Assembly: GCA_963693365.1 (NCBI GenBank)
Contig: CAVNZM010000012.1
Coordinates: forward strand, 1,860,001-1,924,000
Origin: Amoebidium appalachense
Taxonomy: Eukaryota; Protista; Ichthyosporea
DNA: 64,000 nt
Direction: 5' to 3'
Each line of letters begins with the position of its first letter. Within the stretch, counting starts at the first letter, position 1. Position numbers and translations under genes: made by a program. Shown in pieces: positions 51,879 through 64,000 of the stretch. The notes under the pieces were generated by a model that was given only the letters and a program-made list of their open reading frames with translations, ran no database searches and was not told where the DNA came from.

Positions 51879-53275
51879 GCTGATACCGAGTGCCCCAGGG
51901 GAGCCCGAAAAAAAATATAAAAAAAAATAAAAGAAAATAAACGGGGAACCCAGATAATTGATTTTTCTTAGTACTAGTCTTTATGGTGCCTCGTAGAGAA
52001 AGCAAACTCTGATATATAATCATCACACGACATCTATGTACGTGATCATGATATACCGCTGAGGGGATACTCCGAGCAAAAACCCCCCATACCTGAGACT
52101 GGTCTCTCTTTGCCTCGAGTAAACAGCGTAAACCCCACATCAACGTTATTATTATCAGTGCGTATAGCATGCGTGTATATGTGTGTGCGCGCGTGTGTCA
52201 GGTGTCATGAATTTTGTGTTTGTGGGCCATGGGAGTGTAGACAGGAGGGAGGTGGGGAGCCTCCGGCGACCCACCCACCCACGTGACAGGAGCGCCCCAC
52301 ATGCCAGTGTTCTGCCATGACATTAACTGCCACATAGACCCGCACACGAAAACTGCAAGGTGAGCTGCCACGTGAATTCATAGTCAAGCACAGTCAGACG
52401 ACTGCAGCCTCATGCATGTGGTGGGTGTTAAAGAGATGTTCCGCCATCCGGTGCTACGAGCGGGGGGAGGGGGGGGAGGGAGGGGCACCGGGAAGGGGGG
52501 GGGGGGAGGGGGGGGGGGGGGGGGGGGATTTGAAAGAGGGGACCCATCTCTTCTGCGGGGTGCATGAATGGGTCCCCTACCCCCGCCCATCCCCACCCGG
52601 GCCCACGGCCACCACCACTGGCACCACCACCACAGACCACAATTAATTCAAAAAATCCGTTTCTTTCATGATTATAGCGGCAATAAATGCCTACATACTC
52701 GAGCCAGTGCAGCGACTCGAAAATGTGGCCCAGAGCTCCTGCTGCAGCTGCTGGTCACCGATCGCGAGACACTAAAAAGAAAAGAGACATGCAACTCACA
52801 TTAAAAATTCAACTGGTTATTTTATTTCATCGTAGTTTCTATGAGGAGGGTTTACTGCTAGCCTTATGCACTTTACCATAGTACCGTCTCCCTCAAAACC
52901 CCAAGAAAAAATCCACATTTTCACCGACGACCAATTTATGAACACTCCAGGACCTACTCTATGAGAGACACAAAGCTGGAAAAGAGAATAATGCATTCCA
53001 TGAAAGTACAATGTTAGAACAGAAACATAATACGACATTCCCCCCTAGTACGTGTGTGTGCCCACCAAACACATGCAAACAAAAGACCCCGAGTCAGATC
53101 CAGAAAACTTGAAGATAGTAATACAAATGGGCTAGTGTTAAAAACTGTAGAAAAACATACTACTACCACCTCACACACCGGTTACCGACATAACATCACC
53201 GGACTACCGAGGTAAGCATCAATCTGTACACGTTTCAGCAATCCAGCTCTGGGAAACCCACCCTTCGTGCCCTCC

Positions 53276-53316
<41 letters not shown>

Positions 53317-53727
53317 AAAAAAAAAAAAAAAAATAAATAAAAAAATAAAAAAATAAATAAATAAATAAATAAATAAAATGAATATAAAATAAAATAAATC
53401 ATAACAAATAAAAAAGAAACAAATAAAATTACACACCTACATCAAAACCCTTACGTCCTACATTGTACAACCATCCCCTCACAACCGCCCACCCACACAC
53501 ACAGATACACACCTTGGTATTCCGTGCAAACCAACATGCAAACACACCCATGCTGTTAATTTGCACTGCACCTGCCATCAGCACCAATTATTCGACAGTT
53601 TCCATCAAATGAACTCAGGTGCACACAACATATCAATGTTCCTTACATATTCAGAACCCACCACAATCCCATAACACAAAGCTGTTGTCCATGCACCCAA
53701 TCCGCATCTTTTCCGCACAGAGCACGA

Positions 53728-63431
<9,704 letters not shown>

Positions 63432-63657
63432 CTGTGGACACATCGTTTAGAAACACACAACAGAAGAGAAGAGAAAATGCGCAAAGACACATTTCATTAT
63501 TTGCGCCATTTAAGGAGACTTGGGGGATGGTTTTCAAATAAAAATTGGTGGTGCGCAGCCGATCAAGATCGACCAAATTCCCTAATTGATCCAGTCGGTC
63601 AATCGAGACCGGAAGGTCCGAAAGTTCAACTTTCAAAATAAACCCCAAGTCATTTGT

Positions 63658-63913
63658 GAGAGAATGAGCGCAGAAACCGGGGGAGAAAACGAAGTTTTGA
63701 TTAAAAGGTGGGGGTTGATTAGTTAGAATTTATGTATGGCTACCGGTGAAAAAATCTGGTTCGAGCTGCCTGTTTTCGCCTAGCGTAAACACACATGGAG
63801 GGGGTAGAAATCGATTTTTCCAAGGGCTGACACATCAACATCCATTGCGTAAGTACCCCCCACTTTCTTAGTAGGATTTTTTTTCCAGGGCAAGTTTCTG
63901 CGCTCATTCTCTC
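63658..63913. mobile_element. Fold-back/MITE-like element with a 20-bp perfect inverted repeat
   Basis: GAGAGAATGAGCGCAGAAAC (63658-63677) is the reverse complement of 63894-63913; weaker inverted similarity exists inside and outside. Confidence 0.6.
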
Positions 63914-64000
63914 TGGACGTAGATTGGAAAATGTGACAAAAAGAGCCCCGAAAAAGACAAGTTCCGCCGGCTCACAGACTGGCATTTGATCGATCTGATG

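Overview
Eukaryotic, intron-rich genomic DNA saturated with poly-G/poly-C runs and (CA)n/(AG)n microsatellites; most ORFs in the supplied track are repeat artefacts. Splicing by hand (GT..AG, phase-consistent) gives four multi-exon genes: the 3' part of an inositol-pentakisphosphate 2-kinase (+), a metal-dependent amidohydrolase (-), a Gti1/Pac2 (WOPR) transcription factor (-) and the 3' part of a NEDD4/Rsp5-type WW-HECT E3 ligase (-). Three intronless genes encode a secreted Thr/Tyr/Glu-rich repeat protein, a secreted NlpC/P60 peptidase and an SLC38/AVT-type amino-acid transporter. Gene content suggests a non-animal opisthokont, possibly an ichthyosporean (inference only). Mobile DNA includes a 5'-truncated RNase H LINE with a 13-bp TSD, a 97-bp 3' stub of the same family, two CCC...GGG-ended non-autonomous DNA elements, fold-back elements and a structured dispersed repeat. 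The most unusual observations are three-copy tandem arrays built from the last codons plus stop of two unrelated genes, a frame break inside the WOPR gene, the bacterial-type secreted NlpC/P60, and an 86-bp-stem hairpin.
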